Shown: piece after piece, positions 26,429-39,243 of the stretch
How the letters are laid out: every line of letters begins with the position of its first letter
Position numbering within the stretch: position 1 is the stretch's first letter
Assembly (NCBI RefSeq): GCF_004010195.1
Contig: NC_057757.1
Location: 6,386,879 to 6,440,641 of the forward strand
Length of the DNA: 53,763 nt
Direction: 5' to 3'
Source of the DNA: Chiloscyllium plagiosum
Lineage: Eukaryota
The notes under the pieces: generated by a model
Database searches by the model: none
What the model was told of the DNA's origin: nothing
What the model saw: only the letters and a program-made list of their open reading frames with translations
Position numbers and translations under genes: made by a program

Positions 26429-28149
26429 CAACATAAATGGAGCTTCCAGTTAGACTGAGCAAGCGATTGTCTGAACGTTGGTTGCATGAGACAGATGGGC
26501 ACACAAGGTAAGCTTCACCTTGATCTCTCTCTCTAAATTTAACACTCAGTCAACCTCTTGTCTCCTGTGAATTGCTGGTGATGGAATCTTTGAGGTAACG
26601 TGCAGTTGCACACCGAGTCGCTTTGTGTGAAGCTGGGTTTTAAAAGGGTTAAGAGTCCCCAGGGTTAAATCAGGGTTTGAGTCCTTGTGGGAGGTAAAGC
26701 GAAAAAGGGGTTAAAGTCCTCCCGGGAAAAAGGAATTTAAAGTCCTCTATAGACACAAGTTTGAGGCTCCAGAGCGTTAAAAAAAAGTTAGAATTTGGTG
26801 CTTCTTAAAATTGTTGCCTTTGTCTCCCATACCTCCCCTTAGAAGTACTTTTAGGACAGCATGGCATCACTGGGAATTGGGGGAGAAAGTGTAGCTGGTC
26901 TGCGGAGTCCCGACAGTAAAGTGCATTGACTGCCAGGGAAGCTTTGTCTGGGTTTTTGTGCTGTGAACTCAACTCTGTGAATCCTTCTTCTGGGGAAGGG
27001 GAGTGGCTTGGACTGTGGCACCATGTGGTCCGCTGCGAGGCTTTTCTCTTTTTATGGGTGTGATTTTGTCGTGAAGTACAGCTGGTCTTTCTTTCCTACG
27101 TGGCCTCGTCCGGTTTCCACTGAGGTGAGGATATTTTAGTGAGTGCGTGCCAGGTGCTGTGGGGTTGCGGAGCTTTGGGAATCTTGGACCAATGCTTGTG
27201 TTTTTTTTTTCTGTGCCGTGGTGTTTGTGGGCATGATTTATTCTTATCCGACTCTGGTGTGAATCTTTTGAGGCCTCTTTTTGACTCCTTGTTTTCCATT
27301 TTGTGGATCATTACTGGATGAACTGAGGGGGGTCTCAAATGTGGGTGTTTTTCTCCCATATTAAAATGAGAAGATTTCTGATCAGAGGCTCTTAAAAAAA
27401 AACAGAAACGCTAACATTAAGGTTGTACTCCTACTTGGATCAAGGGGGGAGTTTCAATGCAAATTGTGCCATGCTGAGAGTGTTTGATATTTAAATATTT
27501 TGGTTTGTTAAAATACTGGTTCACAAAATCCTTTTAAGTAACTGTTTTGTCTTGTTGAATCAAGACCTCAATTCAATGTGTTATGTGGCCTATGTAGTAG
27601 GGCAGATTTTGTTTTTACATTGAATTTGTTCAGCATTATGTCCTTTTTAAAATGATCAAACTTGTAACCTTAAAACAAATTGATTGAGGACCTTGAGCCC
27701 CTGATTTGTTTGAAATTCTACAATGCCTGATTCAAAAAACCATTGTCAGTGGTCATGCTTTAGCCAGATGAGAGTATTGTATTATAAAAAAAAGCAGCAA
27801 AGATATTATAATATATTTTTATTAAGAAAAAGTTTGATTTTTAAATATTACAACAAATACAAAACAATGCATTTCAAAACAGTACAAAAATAGTACAAAA
27901 CTAAACCCAAATAATAAAAAGAATTTGCCAACTCACCCTCCTATACGAATGTATAAACATATATAGAGAAGTATAAATTTTTTAAAAAACTAAACTAGCT
28001 ATTTAACTAAATAAATATATACCTAACAACAAACAAATAAATAGTAATAACTCAGCCCTGCCAAACAAAACACTCATACATCCACAGTTCCTCCTCCCTG
28101 GATATTGGACTCATGAAACACAATCGTTACGGCTATATAAAAGCCCTTG

Positions 28150-31100
28150 TTAGTGTGGCAGATCTGTGTCCAGGTATTTCAAAAAGGGTTGCCATGTCTT
28201 GTAAAAATTCTCAGTTTTGTGATGTACCATATTTGTGAGAAAATCCAGGGGAATATGCTCCATAACAATCCACCAACCCGACAGGACTGGGGTTTTTTCG
28301 GATATCCAACCTAGCAAGATATTCTTCCTTGCACAGAATGTAAGAATATTGAAAAGTTTTTTTCTTATGCGCGTCTGCATGAAATACAATGGGTAGGCCC
28401 AAATGGAGAGAAATAGGGTCCTTCTCCACCCTACACCTAAAATCCTCTCCATTGCACCCACTACAGCGCTCCAATATGTTTGGATCCTGTCACAAGACCA
28501 AAGACAATGGGTAAGAGTGCCTAAGTGGACCCTGTGGAGAATCTTCAACTGTAAAGCATGGGTCCTATTGCAAATTGATATCTTCCTTGTATTCTCCCAA
28601 ATATCCTCCCATGCCTCTGAAGAAACTTCAACACCCAGCTCTCTTTCCACAACTTGCAGAGTTGATCAGACTCATCTGAGGTGGCACCCCCCCAATTGGT
28701 GATATAAAGTACTGACAGAGAGTGTACTCTTAGCCCTTAGTACCCCTCTTTCTATGTCAGATTTGTAGGGATCAGTCAAAAGTGTGTTTTTTTTAAAAAT
28801 AAAATCCCTAACTTGAAAAAAATGAAAGAGGTCTCTATTAGGTAACTCGTACTTCCGTACTAACTGATCGAAGGACATCATTACGTCTCCCTCAAATAAA
28901 TCACCCCTGCAAGATATACCCCTAGCTGCCCAACGTTTAAATCCTGAATCTATCATACCTGGTCGAAAACCCGGCATACCCAGTAAAGGTGTAAACAAAG
29001 ATACTTTGCCAATATTACCGTCCCTCTGCCGAATTGCCCTCCATGCTTTAACAGTGTTGATGACTATTGGGTTATGGCAATATTTCCTAACTGTCCTCAC
29101 CTTGTCCAAAAACAGCAAACTGGTAAGGGGGCATCTTGCCTGGGAGGCTTCGATATCTAGCCATATTGAAAGAGGGTCCTCACAAACCCAATCATTCACG
29201 TAGGTCAAAAGCGAGCTTAATTGGTAATTTTTAATGTCCAGAAGGTCTACTCCCCCAATCTGTGAGGCAACTGCAGTTTGGCTAATTTAATGATGGGCCG
29301 TATACGGTGCCAGATAAAGGAGCTGAACCAACCGTTCAGTCTCCTGAGTGTTTGTTTATTGAAAATCAGGGGGAGCATCTATATAGGGTATAGCAAACGA
29401 GGGAGAATATTCATCTTAATAAGCGCTATCCGACCCAACCACGAGACTGGAAGTGCCTCCCATCTTTGGAGATCTTGTTTCATTTTTTCAAATAATTGAG
29501 TAAAATTGGCTTTAAACAGCCAATCCAGAACTGGAGTAATGAATATGCCCAAATACACAAAACCCCTCTGTGACCACCTAAATGGGAATCTATAGTCACT
29601 CTCAAGAGCCAACTCTTTCATAAGACCACCCATAGGCATAGCCTCTGATTTAGCAAAATTAATCTTGTACACTGAAAAAGCGCCAAACGCATGAATGCAT
29701 TGTATCAGACAAGGCACTGAGACTGTTGGATTTGTCAAGAAAATTAGAACATCGTCTGCATACAGCGAGATCTTATGCAATTTTGACCCCACTTCTGGAG
29801 CTGATATATTGAGATCCCCATGAATGGCCTCTGCCAACGGTTCAATCACCAACGTAAAAAGTAATGGTGAAAGGGGACAGCCCTGCTGGCTGCCCCTAGG
29901 AATATTAAAATTGCTTGATCGTAGCCCGTTGGTAATGACTGCCGCGAGAGGTACACTGTAGAGAACCTTTACCCATCTTATGAAAACTTCACCCAGACCA
30001 AACCGGTCTAGAGTATAGAAAAAGTACGGCCACTCAACTCGGTCAAATGCCTTCTCTGCACCTAAAGAAATCACCAATCCCTGTATTGACTGATGTTGGC
30101 ATACTTGAATTACGTTAAGCAGCCTCCTAAAATTATTGGAGGATCTGCAACCCTTTATGAAGCCCGCCTGATCCTCTTTAATAATAGAGGGTAACACAGT
30201 CTCCAGCCTTAACGCGAGAACCTTAGAGAGGATCTTAAAGTCACATTTAAAAGCGAGATAGGCCTGTATGAAGCACAGTCTTCCGGATCCTTCCCTTTTT
30301 TAAGGATAAGTGAGATATTGGCCTCTCTCAGAGATGGTGGTAGACAATCATGACTGTATGAATCATTAAACATATTCAGCATCGGGCCTGACAGTATACT
30401 TATAAATTCCTTATAGAATTCACTGGGAAGTCCGTCAGGACCAGGCGCCTTTCCACTCTGAAGCTGCCTCACAGCTTCCTGCACTTCTTGCTCTGATAAT
30501 GAAGCATTGAGAAAGGACTGTTGTTCGGGAGTCACACCCGGGAGCTTCAGATCTCTAAAAAAGGATTCCATTTTGGCCTGCCCTTCCTCACAATTCTCAG
30601 ACTGATATAACTTAGAGTAGAATCTCTGGAACGCCACATTAATCTTTTTAGAACACATGTTAGGTTCCCAGACCCTTCCCTAATCGCTGTAATGGTTTGT
30701 GAGGCACTTCTCTTTCTGGTAAGGTATGCTAAGTATTTGCCTGGCTTGTCACCATGCTCGTATAACCTTTGCTTTGCAAAAACCAGCTCCTTCTTTGCCG
30801 TCTATGTGAGCACGGAATTTAGCGCAGACCGCAGTGCCGTAATCCTCTGTAGCTTGACCAACGAGGGTCTGTCAAAATAGGCCTTCTCGGTTGCCTTCAA
30901 CCGTGCTTCAAAGAGACGTTGTTGCTCACCCTTCTGCCACTTCCTACTGGTGGAATATGAAATAACTAACCCCTGGCATAAGCTTTGGCAGTTTCCCAGA
31001 GAACAGGTGAGCTATCAACCGAGCCTATGTTGATGTCTAGGAATACCCAAAATTCCCAAGAGAAATACTCCACAAACTTACTGTACATGAGAATAAAGGG

Positions 31101-31844
31101 GTCCATTTGCCAGTACCTTGAATCCTCTGCAACATCCTTAATCTTAACCATGAGGTACACTGGAGCATGATCAGAGATGGCAATATTACCAATCATACAG
31201 GATGCTACCAGATCCAGGGTTACCGCAGGGGTCAGAAAAAATCAATCCTCGTGTGGCATCTATGTGGATTGGAGAAAAACGTGAAATCCCTGCCTGTAGA
31301 GTGGAGACACCTCCAGACGTCCACCAACACTAATTTCCCACACAAACCCAATAAGTGTTTAGTTTGTGCAGAGGGTATCGAGGGACCTTAAGGCAACCTG
31401 TCTACTGTGGGGTCCATGAGGCAGTTAAAATCTCCCCCTATAATGATGTGCTGACACTTGAGTCTAATCAGTTTAGAAAAAGCATCTACCAAGAATTTAA
31501 GAGGATGAGCTGGGCGACAATAAACATTTAAAATACCATATTTTGCCCCATTTATCAAGGCTTTAAGAATTACAAACCTCCCGTATGTGTCTTAAACATA
31601 TTCCAACAATTTAGAGATTTTTCCTAACCAATATAGCCACTCCCCTACTTCTGGTATTAAATGATGAAAAATAAACTCGGTCAAAGCCATTCTGCTGTAA
31701 TTTCAGATGCTCCTTGTCATCCAAATGTGTCTCCTGTAACAAAGCAATATCCACCCTCTCCTTTCTAAGGCTCAAGAGTACCTTCTTCCTCTTAATTGGT
31801 GAGTGACTTCCCTAGGTACACCATTTAATCAAATCGTTAGCCAT
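28150..31844 (-). pseudogene. L1 ORF2p (APE endonuclease and RT), multiple frameshifts and stops
   Basis: MANDLIKWCT*..IKRKKVL..DIALLQETHL; SDHAPV; KAPGPDGLPSEFYK; AFDRVEW; QGCPLSPLLF; LYADDVL. Confidence 0.92.
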
Positions 31845-32449
31845 AATCTTCTGCAATTACATTTAAATTCCAGAGAGGAGGAACCCGAACCACAAATTGC
31901 TGAGCCTTAGTGTCGCATGGTCCTCCAAATATAAAAACTACATAAACTAAAACCACTACATTTAACAAACACACAAAATTCTTAAAAATAAAAAACAACA
32001 AAAACCAGAAAACAAACCAACATATAAAGCGCCAATAGCGCTGAGTAGGGGAACTCACCCCCTGCCCGGAGGGGGCAATTACCCATCCTGAACTGCCCAT
32101 AAATAGGCATCTAACCATCTCAACCACCTTCACTTCTCCCAGCTACAGCCGCATCGCAAGCACAAGCTAAAAAGAATAAACACCCCATAGAATATCAATA
32201 TGAATAAAAAAACATTCTTTTAAAACAAAAAAGGAATAAATACCCCACACATCCTTTGGTATGTCCTAACTTAGAAATTTAAAATGTACATCTTAACCAC
32301 TGCCAGACATAGTTTGAACCAAATAATTATCAATAGAGGAAAAATAAAGGGGAAAAAACAAAGCTCCAACCGGATTTCCTCCATTTCTTTTACAGAATGA
32401 TAAACGCATACCCAAGCAACAATATTTATACATACTACAATCGTTTAAA

Positions 32450-33262
32450 TTAGGTTAGTTTGTCCACAAAGTCTCTTGCCTTCTCCGATGTGTCAAAGAG
32501 ATGCATGGATCCATCTAAGATGATCCGAAGCACTGCTGGATATCTCGGAGTACAGAATCCCAAGCTCCTTCAGTCTTCGCTTGACACCATCGTACGATTT
32601 TCGTTTCTGGATCACTGCTGCTGAAAAGTCCTGAAAAAACATGATCTTAGACCCCTCGTAAATTAGGGCCTTCGGATCCTTTCCTTGGAGTCTGGAAGCC
32701 TCCATAACTCTCTCCTTAACCCGGTAATGATGGAACCGCACCAGAAAAGGATGAGGGCGTTGACCCAGACCCGAACTCCATGCTGCGACCCGGTGAGCCC
32801 TCTCTATCTTCAATCCTCTCATGCCAGCCTCCAAGTCAAGGAATTTCGGAAGCCAATCTTCAACAAATTCCGCAGGTCGCTCACCTTCCTTACCTTCAGG
32901 CAGACCGATGAGCTGAATGTTTTTTCTCCTGTCCCAGTTTTAAAGATCATCCACTTGGTCACACAAGTTACGACCTGCGTCTTCAGGGCTTGGATCTCAT
33001 CCTTGAATGAACTGGCATCAGCTTCCAGCATTGTGACCCTGTGCTCCACCTCATCCGTCCTCTTCTCCAGGTCTCCCAGCTGCTGCTCATGCTTCTGCAG
33101 CATGAGAGAGACTGGAGCCAGCTTCTCTTCAATCTGTTTCCCCAGAATCTTGCAAGATTTCGAGAGCTGGTTCACCAGGTCCTGGAGTGTAATCGGCTCC
33201 GAGGCTGCTGCAGGCTGAGCTGCAGACCCGGCCTCGGATGTTCCTCCTCCCTTTTTAGGCAT
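32450..33262 (-). pseudogene. L1 ORF1p (coiled coil, RRM, CTD), frameshifted
   Basis: ORFs 32819-33262 (heptad repeats) and 32493-32834 (IERAHRV...FLVRFHHYRVKE...IMFFQDFS); shifted end RYPAVLRII...F..SEKARDFV. Confidence 0.88.
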
Positions 33263-34829
33263 TTCTGGACAGCTGAAAATACAGGTAAGTCAATTTTTAA
33301 ATGTTTCTTGGGGCTCCACAATCTTTCCAACGCCCCAAGAAATCCTGATGACCTGGGTTGGGCAGGTTAAAGGACTGTCCTGCAACTGCTGCGATGCAAA
33401 GCTCTGCAGTGTGATCTTCTCAGATTGCCGCCATCTTAGATTCCCCAGCATTTCCTTTTAATAAAGAGATCAGTGCTGGAGATGATGAGGGGAGAAACTC
33501 TCTCCCAGATCCCCCTCCCTCCATGTCCCCGGTTGGGAGACACTGACAGTAAGTACCTGCAGCTCCTTTCCCGGGAATGGGACTCTTGCTGCTTTTTTTA
33601 ATGCAGTGTGTTCACAAAAAGTTTGAGGTTTTGTTAAGATGTTAGAGAATATTAAAACTTGAAGGTGAGCTGTTTAAGTTCTGTCAATTATTGTTAAGAC
33701 TGCATTAGCCTTCTTCATATTGCAAATTCAAAGAATGTTGATCTCTACCAAAATTGCCACGTAATTCCGACTGTTTTATTTGGAAAGTTTCATTTGGAGA
33801 ACATATTTTAATATATTCTGCATTTGTTTCCCATAAACATTTGAGATTTAAATCTGAACTGAAATTGCCTCTTCAATGGCTAGAGCACAGGAAACATTTG
33901 GTTGTTTCATGGCTGTTCCAGAGTTTTGAAATACTTTTCCTGACAGCGTTCATATTAGCTAAGTATTAATCTGTTAAAGGAAAATAATTTTTGAATAACC
34001 TGAAATGGGTCCCCCGAGGGTTTGATTTTAGGACCATTGATTGTTGTTTATAATTGACTGAATTGTTCAGATAGTACAGAATAGAAGTTTATGGATTGCA
34101 TAAAATTTAATAATGTCATAAATAGTGAATAGAGTAACAGACTTCAAGATGACTGAGAATATTGAAATAGGTAGACACAATTTAGTGTAGTTAAATATGT
34201 GACTGTCTTCATACTGATAACCACCTTGGCAAGGAAGGAATGAGAGAGGAAATGCAAGATACTTTCAGCAGTTAACATCGTCTCTGGAGTTTCTCCATTC
34301 ACAGGTAAAGCACGCCTTCGGACCACCGCCCACCCCTCCACAACCTGACGGAACAGATTCAATCAGCTCCCTAGTGATGAGCATGAAAAAAAAGTGAAGA
34401 AGTTAACAACAAAGAGAAGGTTGGTACGATTTTTGTCAGTGCCCTTCCTATGGACATTAAACCACGTGAGCTTTACCTAGTCTTTTGATCATTTAAGGGA
34501 TATGATGGTTCACTAATCAAGCGAACATCAAAACAGCCAGTTGGCTTTGTTACATTTAACAGGAGAGCTGGAGCAGAAGCAGCAAAGAATACTGTGCTCA
34601 CTTAGCCTGCTGCTGCACACTCAGATGCGCTGGTATCTTCCATCTTAAGCATCTCCGGAAAAATGGAAGTCTCATCAGTTTGTTAAGTATTTAACTGCCC
34701 TTATCCAAGAAATCAGATTTCTCTGTGGAGCGATGCAGAAGGACAGACTGAATTTTGTTTTCAGGTTAGCTTTATTGAAGGAGATTTTGGATAACTTGAC
34801 TCTTTTCCATTCCACTTGGAGGAGGTGGA

Positions 34830-35018
34830 ATGGTCACTAAGGATTGCAGATTTAAGAACTTTACTGGTGAACTTTTTTCTCAAATGGGAGAATTCTGCAA
34901 ATTCTATTTACTGTATGGAATTGTACTTTTTTTTGTTATAATCATTGCATGTTGTGTATCAATAACTTGCTTAAATACTGGCAGTAAGATTCTTATGAAA
35001 GCTGGTAGTGTCATCTAG
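34830..35018 (+). pseudogene. Possible env transmembrane/cytoplasmic-tail remnant of the LTR element
   Basis: FYLLYGIVLFFVIIIACCVSITCL hydrophobic helix plus Cys cluster; stop ~20 nt before the PPT. Confidence 0.4.
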
Positions 35019-35037
35019 GTAGTCATCATGGAATAAT

Positions 35038-35049
35038 AAAAGGAAGGAA
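35038..35049 (+). promoter_or_regulatory. Polypurine tract
   Basis: AAAAGGAAGGAA immediately before the TG of the 3' LTR. Confidence 0.8.
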
Positions 35050-35661
35050 TGTAATGTTAAAAGATTAAATAGGAATAACTATCTGGACATTAATGTAATA
35101 TTAAAGGGTTAAACTACACTATGTAAATATGCTAGAAGTGGTTGGGGATGACAGTCAGGCAAGAATGCGAATGACCCCCACCCCAATTTGCTACTACTCC
35201 CCTGACTATTATCAAATTAAACTATTGTTCAATCTTTTCCATTCAAAAATGCTTTCTAGTCATCCCCTGAAGCTAGGTATGTTGCATCTACATTGTCTTG
35301 GGGAATCACTGAGTCAAGAAATTGCATAACAATTCCCCATGATTAGGGCATTTACATTATCTCTGAGGATGGTCTCATCTTACCATTATACCTGAAGTAA
35401 CATGTGACTGTGGGTTGTCTTGAGTGGCATGTGACTATGGGGGAGGAGTGGCCAGAGTATTTGTGAGCATGACCAATTGACCTGTATAAAGGAGGTGTGT
35501 TTTCTTTGTTCAGTGCCTCTTTTGACTTGACCTCGCACGCCTGCGAGGGAGATTAAAGGGGGTCACCTAGCTTTTACAACTTATTAAACTTTATCTGTTT
35601 GCAGAAGTTGGTGTGCGCGAATTATATCTTGTGTGTGAAACCTCAGGAAAAGAACCTAACA
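35050..35661 (+). repeat. 3' LTR
   Basis: TGTAATG...CCTAACA; TATAAA at ~35485, ATTAAA at ~35583. Confidence 0.9.
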
Positions 35662-36522
35662 ACACTGGATCAGTTTAATCAGCCAGGGAACAAATAATCA
35701 CTAGATGATCAGTAAGGTACAAGAACTCAATTTACTTAATGCCTCTAGACAGACAACAGGATGCTGTTAACAAAGTTGTGACAGCACAATGGAGCAGTTG
35801 AACAATTTGCAATTAAGTGACAAATCAAGCTCATATGTTTAAAAACTTCTATGGATCTGGCTTAAAAAAAACCCAACGTAAGTGGCTCCCCAGTTCTTGT
35901 TGATTTCTCATAGCACCGCCCTTGGAGTTCTCATTCTCAATACACAGCCATCCAAGACAGACCTGCTTCTGAAATTAAATGATTTATTGCGCAGCACCTC
36001 AGCTCCTGGCTCATCTTGCAGACCACAGGGAGTTTATCTATTAATCATCTGGTGTAGGAGCCACAGAAAAGGTTAGAATAAAAAGTGTTTGTAGTTTCAT
36101 TGATACGTTATTTGTTCAAACCACTGAGGCTTTCACAGCGTCATTGTCTATCAATTTAAGGCAGAAAATATATTGGTTCAAAGGACCTTGATGCTGTGGA
36201 ATTATCTCATAAAGAGTCCCAACGGATGTGGATCTGGACCTTGAAATGACATCTTACTGGTTACAGAGTGAAAGGAAGAAGCTGAGTGCAGCAGCTTTAA
36301 TTCAGTGTTTAATCTGGGACTACCTGCTGCCGAAAACATCAACCACACCATCGAACTGCATCGATATTCATTATGTTAACAAACCCATAATTTACTCTAA
36401 GATAACGAAAGGGAAGGAAAATCGAGGGCATGTTACTTTCTCTATTTCACTGTTTAAAAAAATGTTTCCCGTATCAATCCTTCAAGTCGCAATCATAATT
36501 CTTCAGTACAATCGCAAGTACC

Positions 36523-36609
36523 TCAAGTCTGAGGAAACTCTGACTGTTCGGTTACAGTTGTCACTGTGCTCTTGAGGGTTGCCAGTCTATTCTGAAACAT
36601 ACTCCACAC
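36523..36609 (-). CDS. Terminal coding exon of a DASH-complex Dad1-like protein (VWSMFQNRLATLKSTVTTVTEQSEFPQT*)
   Basis: Acceptor cctcaccttctttcctgtcAG; phase 0, in frame with exon 41336-41428; TGA at 36523-36525; AATAAA on minus strand at ~35983. Confidence 0.7.
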   Translation of the reverse strand: MWSMFQNRLATLKSTVTTVTEQSEFPQT

Positions 36610-36889
36610 CTGACAGGAAAGAAGGTGAGGTTAACAAACACTTAGAATTCAGAGCTGTGTATTCCGAGCTGACAGCTACAATTTTAAAGAACTATTCAGA
36701 TTCAACCACATGGCTGTAGGTCTGGTGTCCTATGTAAGCCAGACCAGTTAAGGACAGCAGTTTCCTTTCTTAAAAGGACATCAGTGAACTAGTTGGCTTT
36801 TTCCCAACAATGGTTTCATTGTCATCATTATACTCTTGGACCAGAGAGCTGCTCTGACTTTGTTAAAAACACTATAATTCTATATTTCG

Positions 36890-37220
36890 TAGAATCCCTA
36901 CAGTGTGGGAGCAGGCCATTTGGCCCACCTATTCCACACTGACCCACACTCCAAGAGCATCCCACCCAGACCCACCTTGTATCTTATCCCTGCGTTCCCT
37001 ATGGTCAATCCACCCAATCCACACATCCCTGGATACTAGGGGCAATGTACCATGGTCAATCCACCCTAACCTGCACATCTTTGGACTGCGGGAGGAAACC
37101 CATGCAGACAAGAGGAGAACGTGCAAACTCCAATCAGACCATCGTCCAAGGTTGGAATCAAACCCAGGTCCCTGGTGCTGTGAGGCAGCAGTGCTAACCA
37201 CTGAACCACCATGACACCCC
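36890..37220 (-). mobile_element. HE1-type SINE
   Basis: Reverse complement of the HE1 head and body. Confidence 0.8.
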
Positions 37221-37514
37221 CTGGTTGTATTGTTTCAGGATGGTGCAATACTGGATGTTGTTATTCAAATGTTCGAGCCTCTACATAAAAGTTATCACAA
37301 GGCTTTTTCTGATGCATTCCTGAATAAAGTATTAAGCTATTCGGTTTCAGAAAGCAAATGGCAAATTTGATCCAAGTTGAGAATGCTCACCTCAACACTG
37401 CAGCTGCCCTCTGAAATTTACTGCTGCATGGTGTTTAGGAGAATCTCACATGAATTCCTTGTAGTTCAAAAGCAAGTTACTTGTGAAATTCTCTAACTTT
37501 TGTCAGCATACCAC

Positions 37515-39165
37515 TTTTCATGACACATAGGAACAAGCAGGAATAGGCAGTCCTTTGAACACATTCCGCCATTTAACATGATCTAGAGTCATAGTCACAG
37601 AGATGTACAGCATGGAAACAGACCCTTTGATCCAACTTCGTCCATGGCTGATCTTATGAACTCCACTCTCCAGCCAGTCTCCCCATTGCTCTTTATCCCG
37701 CTTTTCATCAGAAACATATCTATTCCTTTCTTGAATCTGTTGACTGATTCTGCTTCCATTGCACTCTGAGGCTAAGACCTCCACAAATTCACAACCCTCT
37801 GAGAGAAACAGTTTCTCCTCCTCTCATTCTATATCTATGCCCTTTTGTTCAAGACTGACCCACAATGGGGAAACATCTGTTCAACATCCACCTTATTATT
37901 TTATATACCTCAATCAGATTCTCCTTCATTCTTCTGAACTCCAGGAAGTACAAGCCCAAGCTATTCAGCCAGTCCTTGTATGACAGCTTTTTCATCCCTG
38001 GAATCGACCTGGTGAACGTTTTCTGAATTGCCTCCAGTGCTGCCACCTCCTTCCTCAAATAAGGAGACCAAAACTGGACACCATATTCCAGATGTGGTCT
38101 CACCAACACCCTATAAAATTGTCTCAACACTTCTTCACTTTTATAATCCAGTCCTTTTGCAATAAATGACAGGATTGTATTTGTCTTTCTTATTATATGC
38201 TGCAACTGCATACCCACTTTCTGCAACTCATGCACAAAGATGCCCAGATCTCTCTGCACTGACACACTTTGAATCTGTTTCCCATTTAAATAATAATTTG
38301 GTCTTTTTATTTTTCTGGGCAAAATGCGACAACCTCACACTTATCTGGGGGTGGCACCATGGCTCAGTGGTTAGCACTGCTGCCTCACAGCGCCAGGGAC
38401 ACAGGTTCGATTCCAGCCTCAAGCGACTGTCTGTATGGAGATTGCACATTCTCGCAGTGTCTGTGTGGGTTTCCTTTGGGTGCTCCGGTTTCCTCCCACA
38501 GTCCAAAGACGTGCAAGTCAGGTGAATTGGCCATGCTAAATTCCCCATAATGTTAGGTGCATTAGTTAGGGGTAAATGGAGAGGAATGGGTCTGGGTGGA
38601 TTACTCTTCAGAGGGTCGGTGTAGACTTGTTGGGCCGAATGGCCTGTTTCCATACTGCAGGGAATCTAATCTAATCAATTTAACTCCGTCTGTCAAATTC
38701 TGGCCCAAACTCCTGGCCTATCAATATTTATTTGTAAACTCTTTATCAGTGTCTGCTTTCCCATCTATTTCACTATCATCCGTGAACTTTGCTACGTTAC
38801 ACTCTGTCCCTGCTTGCAGATCATTTATAAAGATTGGAAATAGATCAGATCCAAGAACTAAACCCTGCAGCACCCCACGAGTTACAGTTCGCCATCAGAG
38901 AAGGACCCATTTATCCCGACCATCTGCTTTCTGTTGGTCAGCCAATCCTCTATCCAAGTCAATACTCTACCTGTCACTCCCTGGGATGAAACCTTCTGGA
39001 AATCTAGATGCGCAACATCCACTGGATCCCTTTATCTACCTTCCTGGTTATGTCCTCAAAGAACTCCAGCAATTTTGTCAAGCAAGACTTGTCCTTCATG
39101 AAATCGTGCAGATATTGGTGAATTGAGCTTTGTTTTTCCAAGTGTTCAGTTATGTCCTCCTTTGT
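37515..39165 (-). mobile_element. CR1 RT/3' remnant with nested HE1 SINE (38348-38676, + strand)
   Basis: ORF 37849-38322 QRDLGIFVH...LVRPHLEYGVQFWSPYLRK; SINE has A/B boxes and an AATCT tail. Confidence 0.85.
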
Positions 39166-39243
39166 GATTTGGAGGAGCTGGTGTTGGACTGGGTGAATCA
39201 AGTTAAAAATCACACAACACCAGGTGATCGTCCAACAGGTTTG

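Larger units (their letters stand above)
27800..33446 (-). mobile_element. Full-length L1-clade LINE, inactivated
   Basis: 5' end GGGGAATCTAAGATGGCGGC, ORF1, ~600 bp spacer, ORF2 (EN-RT-C-terminus), AATAAA at 27818-27823. Confidence 0.92.
25805..35661 (+). mobile_element. LTR retroelement (ERV-like, no pol detected) with a full-length L1 inserted inside
   Basis: Two ~600 bp direct repeats TGTAATG...CTA(T/A)CA; PBS after the first and PPT before the second; flanks ACAT/ACAC (4-bp TSD, one mismatch). Confidence 0.88.

Noticed and set aside
32685..33370. + strand ORFs of 177 aa and 109 aa as an ORF0-like gene
   Set aside because: They are antisense shadows of L1 ORF1 with no independent evidence
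38348..38420. tRNA gene
   Set aside because: The A/B boxes belong to the HE1 SINE head and continue into the SINE body; the same applies to ~1597, and the box-like heads at ~4268 and ~12158 also look like SINE remnants
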